A stretch of DNA of 62,703 bases, counting the filler, from Rhabdomonas costata (lineage: Eukaryota), in the NCBI GenBank assembly GCA_019059605.1. It is 42 parts of 42 records of this genome, joined end to end, with 100 filler letters (N's around TTAATTAATTAA, not from the genome) between each part and the next. Parts side by side here need not be neighbours in the genome. Positions count along the whole stretch, not along the records: positions 35,896 to 37,292 come from JAHMHO010017184.1; positions 37,393 to 38,787 come from JAHMHO010017185.1; positions 38,888 to 40,282 come from JAHMHO010017186.1; positions 40,383 to 41,775 come from JAHMHO010017187.1; positions 41,876 to 43,270 come from JAHMHO010017188.1; positions 43,371 to 44,765 come from JAHMHO010017189.1; positions 44,866 to 46,260 come from JAHMHO010017190.1; positions 46,361 to 47,755 come from JAHMHO010017191.1; 34 more parts are not named here. One strand, written 5' to 3'. The notes below the pieces were generated by a model. The model ran no database searches. It was not told the origin of the DNA and saw only the letters and a program-made list of their open reading frames with translations. Below, piece after piece: positions 36,863-49,580 of the stretch (the first letter of the stretch is position 1; each line of letters opens with the position of its first letter). The position numbers and the translations under genes are program-made.

Positions 36863-38159
36863 GAAAAACGTGCTCGTCGGTGGCTACACGTTCAACAAAA
36901 ATTAGACATACGGGAGCCTCTTTCGCATCACCACATCCACCAGCTTCAGCGGAAGGCGAAGTGCAACCACGGTCAGGCTCTGAGCAAAGCGTGTATTGAC
37001 ACACAAACGCGCGCGCGCGCGCGCGCGCATGCACGCACACACATTCCAATCAGGTAGTTGGAGCGAACTGCTTATCACAGAACTGAACCAAGCAAAGCAC
37101 ACAAGCGGCTGCAACCCACCACCCCGCACTAGTAACGTTTGCTGTTACAGCCGGAGTTGGGAAGTCATCATTATCATTGGCAGCTAGGAGTCTCAATGAC
37201 CGCGAGCCTTGTTATTTAATCTCGTTTAATCGGTCGGTATATGACAAAACCGAAACGACCCAAGCACATCCTTTAGAGTTGACCCCCCCCACNNNNNNNN
37301 NNNNNNNNNNNNNNNNNNNNNNNNNNNNNNNNNNNNTTAATTAATTAANNNNNNNNNNNNNNNNNNNNNNNNNNNNNNNNNNNNNNNNNNNNTTGTTGGT
37401 GTAGCCTCCGGTGTCACTTGCATCTGCATGAATCTCTGTGGGTTTGGGTTTTGTGGGTGTGAGTGGGTTTTTGTTTTGAACTGGTTTCTTCTCCAGAGAA
37501 TAATCGAGATGCCCTCTGCAGAATGTGTGTGTGTTGTGTTTGTGTTTTTTTTGTCCTTCGAGTGGGCTCTTCGTGATAATTGCAGATGACCTGGGGATAC
37601 CAAGAGAGACAACCGAGCGATATACAGAGACTGTAAGTTGACTGGGCGAGCGCGAGGGTTGGAGCTCCCCAGAACCACTGCATAATTCATAAGAACCTCC
37701 ACCCAGCAGCAAATGGTGATCCGCACCTCAACAAGCAACAGAAAGCAACATTAGGTGGTGGGGCGGAGAGGAAAACCGAGTCACTATTTCTGGTATGGAG
37801 AAATTGCATGGTTGAATGAAGACCGACCAACATGTGTATGAAACCGAGTAAACTTAGGAAGACCAATGTACGGAGATGAACCACCACTAACGCTAGTGAC
37901 CATTCAGGCGGAAGATAGATATAAAGCTTGAGGCAGAAAGACTTGTGGCCCTGGCAGGCCGTTTCGGGGTTCTTCATGCATTCGGAATTTCCCGCTGCAC
38001 GCACACATGCACACAAACCGCATCATCATATCACACTCCTCACATGCCACGTGCCCAGTCCATCAATTTTAGCCGAGCAGTGTTGCGTTGAGGTGAGGCT
38101 TACTGCGACTGTTGACCGGATTTTGGAGAGTACCCACTCCCTTTCTTCTTTTGTGGCAG

Positions 38160-38787
38160 AGCCCAGTGCCCGCCGAGGATGGAGGATCCTCCCGGGCGGT
38201 GGTGCGGCCCACCGCGGTCGCTCCGGCCTCCGCACGGGCGTTCGCGGGGTCCTCCTTGCGGGCCAAGCCGGGGTCCAAGGCCAAGGCAAAGGCAAAGCCT
38301 GGGGTCGCGGCAGTGACTGTTGCTCCAGCAACCCCGTCCCCTGCGGCTAAGGTCTTAGCTCCCGCTCCGTGAATACACGACTTTGCGGAGGGTGCGTGTG
38401 TGCCTACTGCCAATATGGGGTGCCGGCTCACCAGGCCAGGCCAGGACCCTTCGCCTACCCCCGGTGTCCCAGACTTATGCACAGGAAACCAATATGTCTG
38501 TATGTGCCCTCTCACACCCTTGGCCACCATTGGGACGAGAATTCTCTGTAGGGGTGTAATGCACTCCATTGATACTGTTCAATCAGCCTACTTCGGTAAA
38601 TGTTATGTGCCGTGAAGAACGCGCTGAAGTCCTGCCTGCTCCCTTCGCACTTCGCCAAAAGGCTTCCGCAGCCTCGAAGGAAGCCTCCAAGCCTGCCGCC
38701 AAGCCCCCCTCCTCTGCCACGCCTGAACCCAAGCCCACGGCGGCCAAGCTCACGGCGGCGAAGCCCACGGCAGCCAAGCCCAACCCC
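38160..38787 (+). CDS. Ala/Pro/Lys-rich low-complexity exons
   Basis: SPVPAEDGGSSRAVVRPTAVAP...AKAKAKPG and KEASKPAAKPPSSATPEPKPTAAKLTAAKPTAAKP. Confidence 0.5.
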
Positions 38788-39524
38788 NNNNNNNNNNNNN
38801 NNNNNNNNNNNNNNNNNNNNNNNNNNNNNNNTTAATTAATTAANNNNNNNNNNNNNNNNNNNNNNNNNNNNNNNNNNNNNNNNNNNNTTGTTTTGTGTGG
38901 CGGCCGCTCTCGCTTCGTCTTACGGCTGTAGTTTTCAGTTGTCACTTTGTTTCTGGTGCTGCTTGTGAATTTTTGGCTGAGATGGATGCATGGTCGGATT
39001 TCATTTTTCCCGCAATGCCGGGCATGAAAAGCAACGCTGCTTCTCTCCACGAGCACGAGCACGAGTATGCGCTGCAGCGCTCTTACTGGCTGTGACGGAA
39101 AGACGCGCGCGTAAGGAAAGCAGAGAGATATAGGATAGATAACCAAGAAGACTGTCGTGCAGGCGAAGAGACAGACATAACATACAAGAGAGGTGAACGG
39201 ATTTGTACGGTGCCGTTGCCCCGTTCCCGTGTCCTGCTGCTTCTCTCCAGTGCTGCAAAAACAGGGCACCTTTTCCTCCAAAAGGCAAGCGGTTTCACCT
39301 GCTCACTGGCTCTGTTTGGAAACCACTACTGTGCGCTATTCATTGACCCATGTTTCCGTGGTGCACCCGCGATCTTTGTCCTGTTCGGCGCTGTGGTGTC
39401 CTTTGCTCGCGGCGGGGGGAGTAATGAGGAGCGAGAAGGCCAGTTGCATCGTGAGAGGTCTCTTCTCTTCTTTGTTGACCGTAACATGCAATTTTGGGCG
39501 GTGAGTTCATCCTTCTGTTGACAG

Positions 39525-40252
39525 CTATACTCCCATCAACTCGACGGACGCCACGATCCAGGCTGCGGCAGTGTGGCTGCTGGACTCGTTCTATGGGTGG
39601 GATGTAATACCGGACCTGAACTTAGTGCAGTCTCTGCACGGAGAAGAGTTCTGGCTCAACTTCGCCCCCGTCATCACGAAGGTCCGACCTGACTCAATAC
39701 AAGCTCTTAAGTCAGTGAGTGCTGATTCTGCAGCTGCAGGAAACCATGGTTTCGGGACGAGCCATCTTTTCAACTCTGCCCACTTGCTTTATCTTCGGTT
39801 GGTTGATTTATTGTGTTATTGTGTCAGAAAAAATTTTCTTTGGATAGCAGAGGTTCACAGTACAGCCCAGACGTGAGCTTACCGCGCATCACAGAAACTC
39901 CCTCGCATTCCAGGGTTGGCTGGCTCAGATCCACACTTCTACGGACGTTATCAGCTTTAATGAAGTTTCGCTGTAGAACTGTCCTTCTGTGGAGGGCAGC
40001 TGTGTCCCCCCCCCCCTGCCTTTGCTGCAGCTGGGGCTGCGCGTGAACCTTGTCCTTCTTGTGGACCGCGACACCACCATGGGTCCCATCGAGGCCAACA
40101 CGGCCTCCACCTTGGCGGGAATCCGCCGCGCCATCACCAACATGACCATAGTGCTGGTATTTGTGGTTGTGATCGTGCTGGTGTTTGCCCTGCTGATCAG
40201 CTGGATGCTGACCGTGCCGCTGTCACGGCTGGCGTCTGGGATGGACATGCTG
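39525..40252 (+). CDS. Receptor-like protein: end of a Cache-like sensor, TM helix and start of a HAMP domain; exons 39525-39681 and 40031-40252
   Basis: NSTDATIQAAAVWL...GLRVNLVLLVDR..MGPI...TIVLVFVVVIVLVFALLISWMLTVPLSRLASGMDML; layout typical of protist receptor adenylate/guanylate cyclases; catalytic domain is not in the contig. Confidence 0.7.
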
Positions 40253-40725
40253 GTGTGAGCGGAGGCTGTGAGAAACCCACCANNNNNNNNNNNNNNNNNN
40301 NNNNNNNNNNNNNNNNNNNNNNNNNNTTAATTAATTAANNNNNNNNNNNNNNNNNNNNNNNNNNNNNNNNNNNNNNNNNNNNTGTTGGGTGTGGGGGGTG
40401 TGGGTGGGGGGTTTTCTTTGAATTTTATGTTTGGGCCGAAAGTTACCTACGAAGGTTCCCGCTCGAGATTTCCGTGTCGTGCACAGAAAGGGAAAGGAGG
40501 CCAGACAACCGTGATGCGTGATGTGCTGCAGGCACCAAAGAGACCCTGGACCCCATCTTTTTTGCCCCCCAGAACCTCCTTTGAAGTGCACTGACCAGGG
40601 AACAAATACGGCGACGCCCACTCACCCTCCAAAGCACACACACTTTTCATTGCAGGAAAGACAGATCCCGCCGACACACACCCGATTGTGCTCCACCAAA
40701 ATAAAACGCAGGCATTGTGCAATAC

Positions 40726-41076
40726 CAGCTCCTGGAGCTGGGACAGAACTTCCTTTGACAGGACCTCCTCCCCGGAGAGCAGCATCTCGAGGGCCCACAG
40801 CGACGGCACCACGTGCACGTGCCGCAGCACCGCCCGCACCTCCGCTCGCAGACCTTTGCACCGCACCAGAAGACCTCTCTGCCGCCGCCGCGTCTCCACG
40901 AGGGCCTCGCGAAGCTCCGCAAGGGCGCTGTTCAACCAAGCGAACACACATCACACACAAAGACAGACGCAGAGAAAATGCCGAATGCGAAGAGCAGAGA
41001 TAGCCTCAATCATGTTGAAGTCCAATTCTCTCATTCTCAAATCTCGTGGCAGCTCTTCAGCAGCCTCCTCGAAGCG
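40726..41076 (-). CDS. Two exons (40982-41076, 40726-40927) of a coiled-coil protein
   Basis: RFEEAAEELPRDLRMRELDFNMIEAISALRIR|ALAELREALVETRRR...; in-frame joining requires a 54-nt GC-AG intron. Confidence 0.55.
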
Positions 41077-41875
41077 CTGATGGCTTCAAGCAAACAAAGT
41101 GCATTTCAGTATGTAGGGCGCACCAAGAAAAAAGTGATGAGAAGTGACACCCCACAGGATTTTTTTGGGGGGTGGCAGTGAGGTGAGAAAGGTCTTAGAT
41201 TGAGAATCATCTGCAGGTTGCCTGTGCCCCAGGCCCGAAAAAAAAAGGGAGACCGGGAAAGGAAAAAGGATGGGGTCCGGGTGTGTGAGGTGTCTATGGG
41301 GGGCGCAACCTTTCCAATCGACAACCCCGCAGCAGGTCCGAGTTCAGCTTGGCCACCCCTTGCGCTGACAGCAGAGACAGCACCGTCTTGTCATCCATGG
41401 AGGGCACCAAGGAACCCAGATCACAAATCGTCATTCTTGTGTATTTCGATTTCGCTAATACTCACACTGCGATGACAATAAAATTCAGAAGACCCCAGAG
41501 GTATAGAGGTCTCACACGATCGACGTGCAGCCAGTTCTTTACGCCCGAGCGACGTTTCTTAGGAATCAGGTTCTCGTTCTTCGGTGGAATCGACCAACGA
41601 CCGAAAGCAAGAAGCCAAAGACGAACAGCCAACGACCGATCAACCAGGGGAACATCGTCCTAAAGGCATCGCTGCAGGACCCTGTTTGCGTTTCCTAAAA
41701 AACGGCATTCTGCCGAGACAAGATGGAAGATGAGGATGCGGAAGTCCATTTACAGGATGCTTCTACCCCAACACCNNNNNNNNNNNNNNNNNNNNNNNNN
41801 NNNNNNNNNNNNNNNNNNNTTAATTAATTAANNNNNNNNNNNNNNNNNNNNNNNNNNNNNNNNNNNNNNNNNNNN

Positions 41876-42507
41876 TTGTTGTGGCACTGAGCGGGCGGGA
41901 GCCAAGGGCCCGCCCCCGCTGAGCCAGGCACTGCTGCAGCAGCTGCCGGCCCTCCTCAGCCTATTCGGAGAAGAGCTATAGATAAACTACCACCGCACTT
42001 AATGCAAGTGGTTACCATGAAAACCGGCTTCAGCTTTTGAGGTCAGGAGTCGATCCCTCAAATGGTGTTCAGTGACCAGATCACAGCGGGCTTCAGGAAG
42101 CCTGTCAGGTGCCCGTAAAGTTACTCTGGGTGCTGGAATAAGCGCATGAGAAAATAGTTCAGGGAAAGGATCACACCGAATATGCTCTGAGGGAGGCCAA
42201 AAAGCACTTTTGCTTCAACGCACAGCCACTGGGAGGCTGTATGGGGCCTAGGGTCTGCAAACGGCTGAGCTTAGCGCGTGGGAAGATGGGTGGAATATGA
42301 GGAAAATTTGGGATCAGCAGGCGCGCCGCGGAGGGAGGGGAAGGAGGAGAATCAGGCCCACCTGCCCCTCCGGGTTGTCATCGCAGGCGAAGGTCAGCGG
42401 GGCGAAAGGCAGCGAGCACAGCCGCATCGACCGCGAGTACAGCCGCATCAGGGTGGCCAGGCTGCCCGCCAGAACCAGCCCGGGCACCATGAGCCAGTTA
42501 AACCACC
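41876..42507 (-). CDS. Two exons (42362-42507, 41876-41960) of a TM-containing protein
   Basis: WFNWLMVPGLVLAGSLATLMRLYS...NPEGQ|AEEGRQLLQQCLAQ; GT-AG, phase 0. Confidence 0.55.
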
Positions 42508-45500
42508 CTGGTGTGCGTGAGAGGACTGATTGATGTTGCACAGCACAGGATCTCTGTGCCGCATCGCACCCATGACGTAACGTGTTGCGCCGTGACACAT
42601 GGCATTGTACCAACCAATATATCGCGGTGGCGACTCTAATAGGGCGAACTCAAAAAGCAATCTAGTGCACACCCAACACCAGTTTCTCCCCAGAAAAACT
42701 CCTGAAAACCCAAATTCAGACCAAAAATGTTAAAACTGGGCTTGAAAAGAGACTCAACTCAAGATAAGGGCGAAGTTCTGGTGCTTTGGGATACCAACGA
42801 GCTCGGTTGACAATGTTTTTGGAGGTATGCTTATCATAACAAAGAGAGGTCGCCGCCTTTTTGTAGCTCTGCAGATTTTTCTCCCCCCGAAAAACCTCGA
42901 GTAAGTCCGAAGTGTCTCATTTTTATTTTGCACAAATAGGCACACCAATCGAGAACCTCATAAGTTCGCCAAATAAAAGTGTCCACCGCGATATTATGAA
43001 CTGCACAATATCAGGATTGTCAGAATGTGCACCTTCACACCATCCCATCATCCGTTATGAATTTGGCGGACAAGATCGCATATCCGTATCCGTATCCCTC
43101 TCAGCTTTTCAGTGACGACAGAGAACTTTCGTTTCCGTGTCCTGAGTCAAGACGAGTACTAGTCTATAGATTGTCCAAGGATCGCAGAGTCAAAATCTCG
43201 ATGGGAAGGTGTCCAGTCTGGACAGTCTGGAGAAGTTCGCAGATGACTTCCACCAACCCAACGAGGCGGGNNNNNNNNNNNNNNNNNNNNNNNNNNNNNN
43301 NNNNNNNNNNNNNNTTAATTAATTAANNNNNNNNNNNNNNNNNNNNNNNNNNNNNNNNNNNNNNNNNNNNGGTGGGGGTGTCGCAGAACAAGTGTTGCGG
43401 CAGGCTACGACCTAAGAAGTGCTACCATGTTCGCCACTGAAGGAGATAAAGCGGTATTGCTTGGAGACATCGCCATTGAGGTACCTTCCAGCACCTATTG
43501 TCATACATCCCCTTGTTGAGGCTTTGCCGAAACGCCATGGAACTGGAGTTTTCGATGGTCTATCCTGGTAATTTCGGCGTTGTTTTCTTTAAGCGTTCCC
43601 ACAAGGACCGTAACGTTGCTATAAGAGATAATGGCTCACAGATCCCACCCGAGAAGATAGCAACACCTGAAGTGGTTGAGCAATGCGGGCGGATTGGAAC
43701 GAAGAATCACCAATAAGTCCAGCTCATTCCCGAACACAAGTCTCAGAACTCGCAGCGTGCGCTATTCAGGAGAAACGTTGTGCCATTCCTAACGGCAAAG
43801 AGCCAGGCAGAACGTAAATTTAAATTGGAAAATAGATAACTTTCACCACTTCGTTTATTCGAAAAGCCATTGACCGGCGGTGGATTTAAAAAATGGACAA
43901 CGAGGACTAATATGATCCATAGAAATAACACCACCGCCTGGTTTCCCGGAATAGAGGCAAAGTACCTGCAAACTTCGAGCGCCATCCTGTCCCGGAATAA
44001 AGCGTTCCATTTCTCAATCTTTTTTCCTGAACGGAACGTTTTACTTCATTGGAACCCCATGCCATGACCAATTGGTCCCTACCTTTTTTTGCAATTAGGG
44101 GCAAGAATCAGGGTGATGAAATAGGCGCGGTACTTTCCACACTATTTGCTTAAAACGTTTTATATTTTCGCCGAAATTAAGCGGGGGTCAAAAGTAAAGG
44201 TTCGAAAAATTGTTTTTTTGATCTCTCTCCATCTCTCCATTTTCCTTCTTCCCTCCCTGTCGGTCGCTTTTCTCCCACAGTATCGGTCGAGATCAGGGGC
44301 AAAATAATAAATTAAATTCCAGTGCGGCTTTTTTTGGCCACACATTTGGAAGATCTAATTTACGTTTAGTTGGCGGGCGCCGCAAAATCCCCGCAAAACC
44401 GACCTGAACTGGGAGAAGCACGGACTTTATTTCAGCAACTCTTGACTGCAATGTAAACCTTCCTTGTCACCAATGTGTTATCTCACTCATTACGACCTCA
44501 CACTCCTGCAATCCGTCTCCCTATAACGTACAAAAACACTGTGGACAAACTTGGTCGCTGTATTAGCTTCCACGCCTCAGAGTGATATACTCTCCATTTA
44601 CACTCCACACTTCTAACCGCCAACATTTCCAGCAATGAAAACAACAGCGCTTCTGGCCAGTTAATTGTGACCAAGATTAGCCCTGACCCATTCTGCAAAC
44701 TTTGGCCGACACATGTGCCATTATACTCCACCTTGGGTCAGCGTAAAAGCAATCGTTTGAGCTCCNNNNNNNNNNNNNNNNNNNNNNNNNNNNNNNNNNN
44801 NNNNNNNNNTTAATTAATTAANNNNNNNNNNNNNNNNNNNNNNNNNNNNNNNNNNNNNNNNNNNNGTTGGTGGGAAAACATGGCAGCGCCCGTCGTGCAT
44901 ATTATTTTTAGCTGGCGGTGCGCTTCTACTACGTCCGTTCCCATAAATCCCGATTGGATTAGCGACTCCAAAAAAACGTCCTCATCCACTGAGCAACTTT
45001 ATCATCACCGCGGTGCAGTCCGCCGCCATAATAGAAACCGCGTTGCTTCATCAGCCTGAAGGCATCCAACTGTGGCAACTTCGTCCTCCCTGGAGATTCG
45101 CAGTTCGTTTTCGCAAAATCATACGTCAGCGCCAAGCGCTCAAGCCACTGGTAGGGAGGCAAGTCCACGGGCTGGATTGCCTCTGACCGCTGCAAAGTAA
45201 GCCGCCCGTTCCTCTGCGAAGTAATATACCACAATTTCCGGTGACAAGATCTTGAGCAGCGCGATCACACGGCCTCGCTCCGCACGAAGTTGCACCCGGT
45301 CGAAATTCCGCTTCAAACTGTCTTAAAGCGCACGCAGTTCGAGGGCCACCGCGAGGAACGAGTCAGGCCGTATATCATTTGGAAGGGCCTGAGTTGTGGT
45401 GATCAGGAAAGCGCTCAGCATGCTGTCCATCGCCTGGTGATGGTGACAGGTCATCTTCCTCAGGCCGACTCTCTAGGAGCCGTATACATCAGGAGTAGGG

Positions 45501-45867
45501 TGGTTCCTATTTGGATACATCGGGCCTGTGCCTGAGAGGATGTTCCAGTCACCCAGCCCTGCTCGAGATATGTCGTGTGATCACGCGGCTCTCTCTCCCA
45601 TTGTACATACGCGTGATCTCAAACTGGTCATAGTAAATGTGAGGAGAATGTTCCAAAAGATCTTTCCTGACAAAGGTCTTTCCTGACAAACTCATTGGCA
45701 TTTATTCCGTTCGCCCAATCACGCAGAAGACTCGATTATCAACACTCAGAAGAGCAAAACAGTGGAAGAACGAATACACACATGCCAAACAAAGTGCAAT
45801 AAGCTCATGCTCGCCCTTAAACACGCCAGAATGAGAGAAGCGAAAAAAGCAGTGCAAAGGAAGAAGC

Positions 45868-46080
45868 CTGCGCCGACGAGCCCATGGTGCTGCGTGGGGT
45901 ACCCGGGGGAGTGTCCGTCTGGGCCTGGGCATCCCTGTGGCGGATGGCAGCGTGGCGAGTGCGTTCCGCAAGATCCTTGCGACGGCTCTGCCACCAAAAC
46001 CGCAGGAACCGCCGGTCCACCCCAGCCTCCTCCCACTCCTCAAAGCGGCCCAAAAGCACCCGCGAGGCCACCAGATAGAC
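45868..46080 (-). CDS. Exon of an unknown protein ending at a probable GC donor
   Basis: CAG|VYLVASRVLLGRFEEWEEAGVDRRFLRFWWQSRRKD...SSAQ|GCTTCTT; 213 nt. Confidence 0.5.
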
Positions 46081-47217
46081 CTGGGAGAGCGAAACAGACG
46101 GGGGAAGAGAAACGCTGCGGTACACTCGGGCAATTGCTTTCTCCAGAGTTAATGTCTGATATCTCTCCACATGCAATTTATCGGTCAGAGAGGAGTCGCT
46201 CCGGCCCACCTCAACCGCAGAGGCGCAACTTCGTACTCCGTGTCTGGGGCAATCCCAAAANNNNNNNNNNNNNNNNNNNNNNNNNNNNNNNNNNNNNNNN
46301 NNNNTTAATTAATTAANNNNNNNNNNNNNNNNNNNNNNNNNNNNNNNNNNNNNNNNNNNNGGTTTTTTGGTTCAGAGAAGTACTCCAGCACTATCAAGAC
46401 TTTTCCGTTTTATTTCCTGCATCTTTTTGATCCGGTTGCTCCCTTTTGCTGTGCTTCTGCACTTTAGCAAGAGCGGGCCCTCTGGGCGGGCACGGACGAA
46501 TGATCCGGAAACTTGGCTACCGGCACCGCAGTTTTGAGGGGGGTCAAATGCCTCTGGTGAAGCGACTGCCGAAGGCGTGCCCAAGGCACCTTTATTTTTC
46601 TCACTCTCGTCGTAGTTCCAATAGATTTTCACACTTAGAATCGGTTCACCTCGATTTACTGGGGCGCCTCCTTTCGGTCTCAATTGCGCGTGCACTTCTG
46701 ATTTCTCCTCTATTGCATGTGTTTTTTGTCCGAATGTCTTCATTTTTTGCCAATGAAACAACGAACGAGCGAATTCGTTCCATTCGCACCAGGGTTGAAT
46801 TGAATTGGTAGGTTTTTTCGAAACAAAAGAAGCGCGGCACTGCATCATCTCAGTTTAGTAGACGTACACCAGTATTGCAAGCAGCAACCTAGAAAGGTCA
46901 AAGAGACAGGTGGCGGTGGTTAAGGGCAGAGAATTCGCGGGGTTGGGCAGCCGAGGGTAACGGAAAGTACAGATTACAGTGAGTGACGAAGAAAAACGCT
47001 GTGAAGGAAGGGTGGATACGCACATGCGGAGCCCGGAGTAAACGAAACGCATTTACAACGTTTTCGTGGGATTGAACTTTGAATTGTCTCAAATTTTGAC
47101 GGGTTTTGACCTCCTTCTAGTGCGAGCCGTGGTTCTCGTTTGTCTGCGCGAGAAACTGTTTTTGTACCGTATTGTGGCTGTTGAGCAGTCACACATCCCT
47201 TGTTTCAACCGTCTCAG

Positions 47218-47750
47218 ATCGTGCCTCAGCCAATATTTTTCGAGGAGCAGATGAAGGAAATCACGCTGGGCGACCTTCAGGCCTGGGCCGACCAAGGCCG
47301 CCTGGATCCCACGCAGGTGATCACCCCGAGGTACCTCCTGCTGTCGGGGATGCTCCACGCGCTGCCGAAGTGGCCCGGGATCCGCCTCACAGGTCTTGTT
47401 GCCCGCGTGGCATTGGTGGGGATGAGAAAAGAGTGCAACCTGCACCGTTTGCTCGAACGGCACCTCAGGCGAGCACCCCGTGGCCAAGTCTGGGGTGTGG
47501 CGAGGAAAGAACACACAGACACACACACACACACACACACATACGGACACACACTCTCTCATTTTTCTCATTTTTTTTGGCAGCGCATGGGTACGCGATC
47601 TTCAATCTGAAGCTGGACGTCCGGCTGAACTGGGTGGACGAGGAGGCCGTCAGCGTGATCCGGGCGCGCGGCGGCACCGTGCTATCAGTGTACATGGACC
47701 CTGCGACGTACTTCTACCAGAAGCGGCCCGCGAATGATCCCGACCACACC
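47218..47750 (+). CDS. MRPL15: Mitochondrial ribosomal protein uL15m, exons 47218-47392 and 47584 to contig end
   Basis: ITLGDLQAWADQGRLDPTQVITPRYLLLSG...KWPGIRLT-AHG...KLDVRLNWVDEEAVSVIRARGGTVLSVY; phase-1 GT-AG intron. Confidence 0.85.
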
Positions 47751-49580
47751 CAACCNNNNNNNNNNNNNNNNNNNNNNNNNNNNNNNNNNNNNNNNNNNNT
47801 TAATTAATTAANNNNNNNNNNNNNNNNNNNNNNNNNNNNNNNNNNNNNNNNNNNNGGGGGGGGTGGGTTTACTGACCTTATAAGGCTAGTAACACCCCGA
47901 AACTGAGAATTTAGTATGTGACATTTCGAACAGTCTTTATTTATGCCGGTGTTCCTTCGCAGCATCCTGTTGTGTGCCGTGGTTAAAAACTCTGGGTTTA
48001 CGGGGTCGTGCTTGTTGGCAGAAGTCCCCCACCCCAAACAGCAATAATTGCCAACGTGAAAGACCCTAGAAAGGCACACAAGTTTTGACTTATAAAGCCC
48101 TCGAATGTGAAAGGTCATCACACAAACATACCATGCACCTCCCCCTCTTTGTCCTCGAGAGGCACACACACACACAGACACACAAACAGACAAACAAAAC
48201 AAACAAACAAATGCACCTGCCCGTCATTTTCCTCTATAGGTCGCCGCGTAAACGCGTTGTCCAGGTGGAGCTCGACCCCTGCGGGACCACGAATGCTCGA
48301 GAGGGACCACCGGAGGTTTTCCAGAGCATTGCCATGTTGGTCGGAGCCCAAAGTAGACCCGGGCTTGACACGGCAGGATTGCCGGTTGCGACAATTCCAC
48401 ATCAGAAAAGTCGCAAAAGTCACAAAAGGGAAGCAGCGGCAGAAAAAAACAAAAACACAAAAAGCGTGTTTATGTGTATGCGGATGGGTCGTAAACAAGA
48501 AGGGAGGCTGGGCTGAGAAAGGCAAGGGCAGGATAATGGCGAGGAGCCCCATACTTGCAGTTCAGCAGAGAAGAACCCTCGCAGTGAAGAAGAAAACAAA
48601 AAGCGGCTTGCAGACAGAGGTCTCGAACATTAGGACATTTCGCGGAATCCGAGGCTCCCTTCGGAGTGCCAGGAGACCTGAACGATGCTTTCTCCAGAAG
48701 AGAGAACCCACATTGCTATATTGACAAGCTGCAACCTTCCGCCACAGAGAGCCCGAAGGCGGGAGCACTGATCCCAGTGAATAGGAAAAGGCTTTAGAGG
48801 GCTACCCCCAGACTGACTGAACACCGCACGCTGGCCCAGCAGAAAACCCCAGCCATGGGTCACTGTCTACCCAAAAAGTTCATCCGCACCGCACTGGGGT
48901 GCTAGACAGCCACCAAGGCCACTATATTTTTCTCAAAGCGGACAATACAACTGGTCCTCTACTCACCATCAGATGAAAACAACAAACACCACAAACGATG
49001 CAATGCACTGTCTCAGCGGAGACATAAGGGAAAGTCCCCGAGGCATCGGGATATACACTGCCCGGGGGAGGGGGGAAAAAGCTGCTGGGGCAGTTCCTCA
49101 ACAAAGAAAGAAGCTTTCTGACCCACTACGGTGCCAACGTGCAGTACTCCTGGGCTTTTCCCTTAAGTAGCTCTTAGAAACCCCTTCAATAGCTCTAGGA
49201 GGGTCCGGCTGGCCCTAACTTTCTAACTCTGAAACTTAATAAACACAACCNNNNNNNNNNNNNNNNNNNNNNNNNNNNNNNNNNNNNNNNNNNNTTAATT
49301 AATTAANNNNNNNNNNNNNNNNNNNNNNNNNNNNNNNNNNNNNNNNNNNNTTGTGGTTGGAAAGCACTGATGGCATCTATCATTTTTAGTATTCTTGCAC
49401 TGTTTTTATTGCAGGTGGGAGCAGCAATGGCGGGTGTATTCTGAGATTCAAATGGTTAGGTTGGCATTAGATGTTTGTTCTTTGATTGAAAGCAATGCTC
49501 CTAAAAATAGTAAAATCCGTGCAAGAATACTAAAAATGATAGATGCCATCAGTGCTTTCCACTCGCAGTCTTTTTCTAAC

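Noticed and set aside
43640-43985. TM segment followed by LIGDS (SGNH/PC-esterase-like)
   Set aside because: Multiple stops and frame changes; a single short motif is insufficient
45762-46260. Cys-rich plus-strand ORF (WCCVGYPGECP...)
   Set aside because: Antisense shadow of the splice-bounded minus-strand exon 45868-46080
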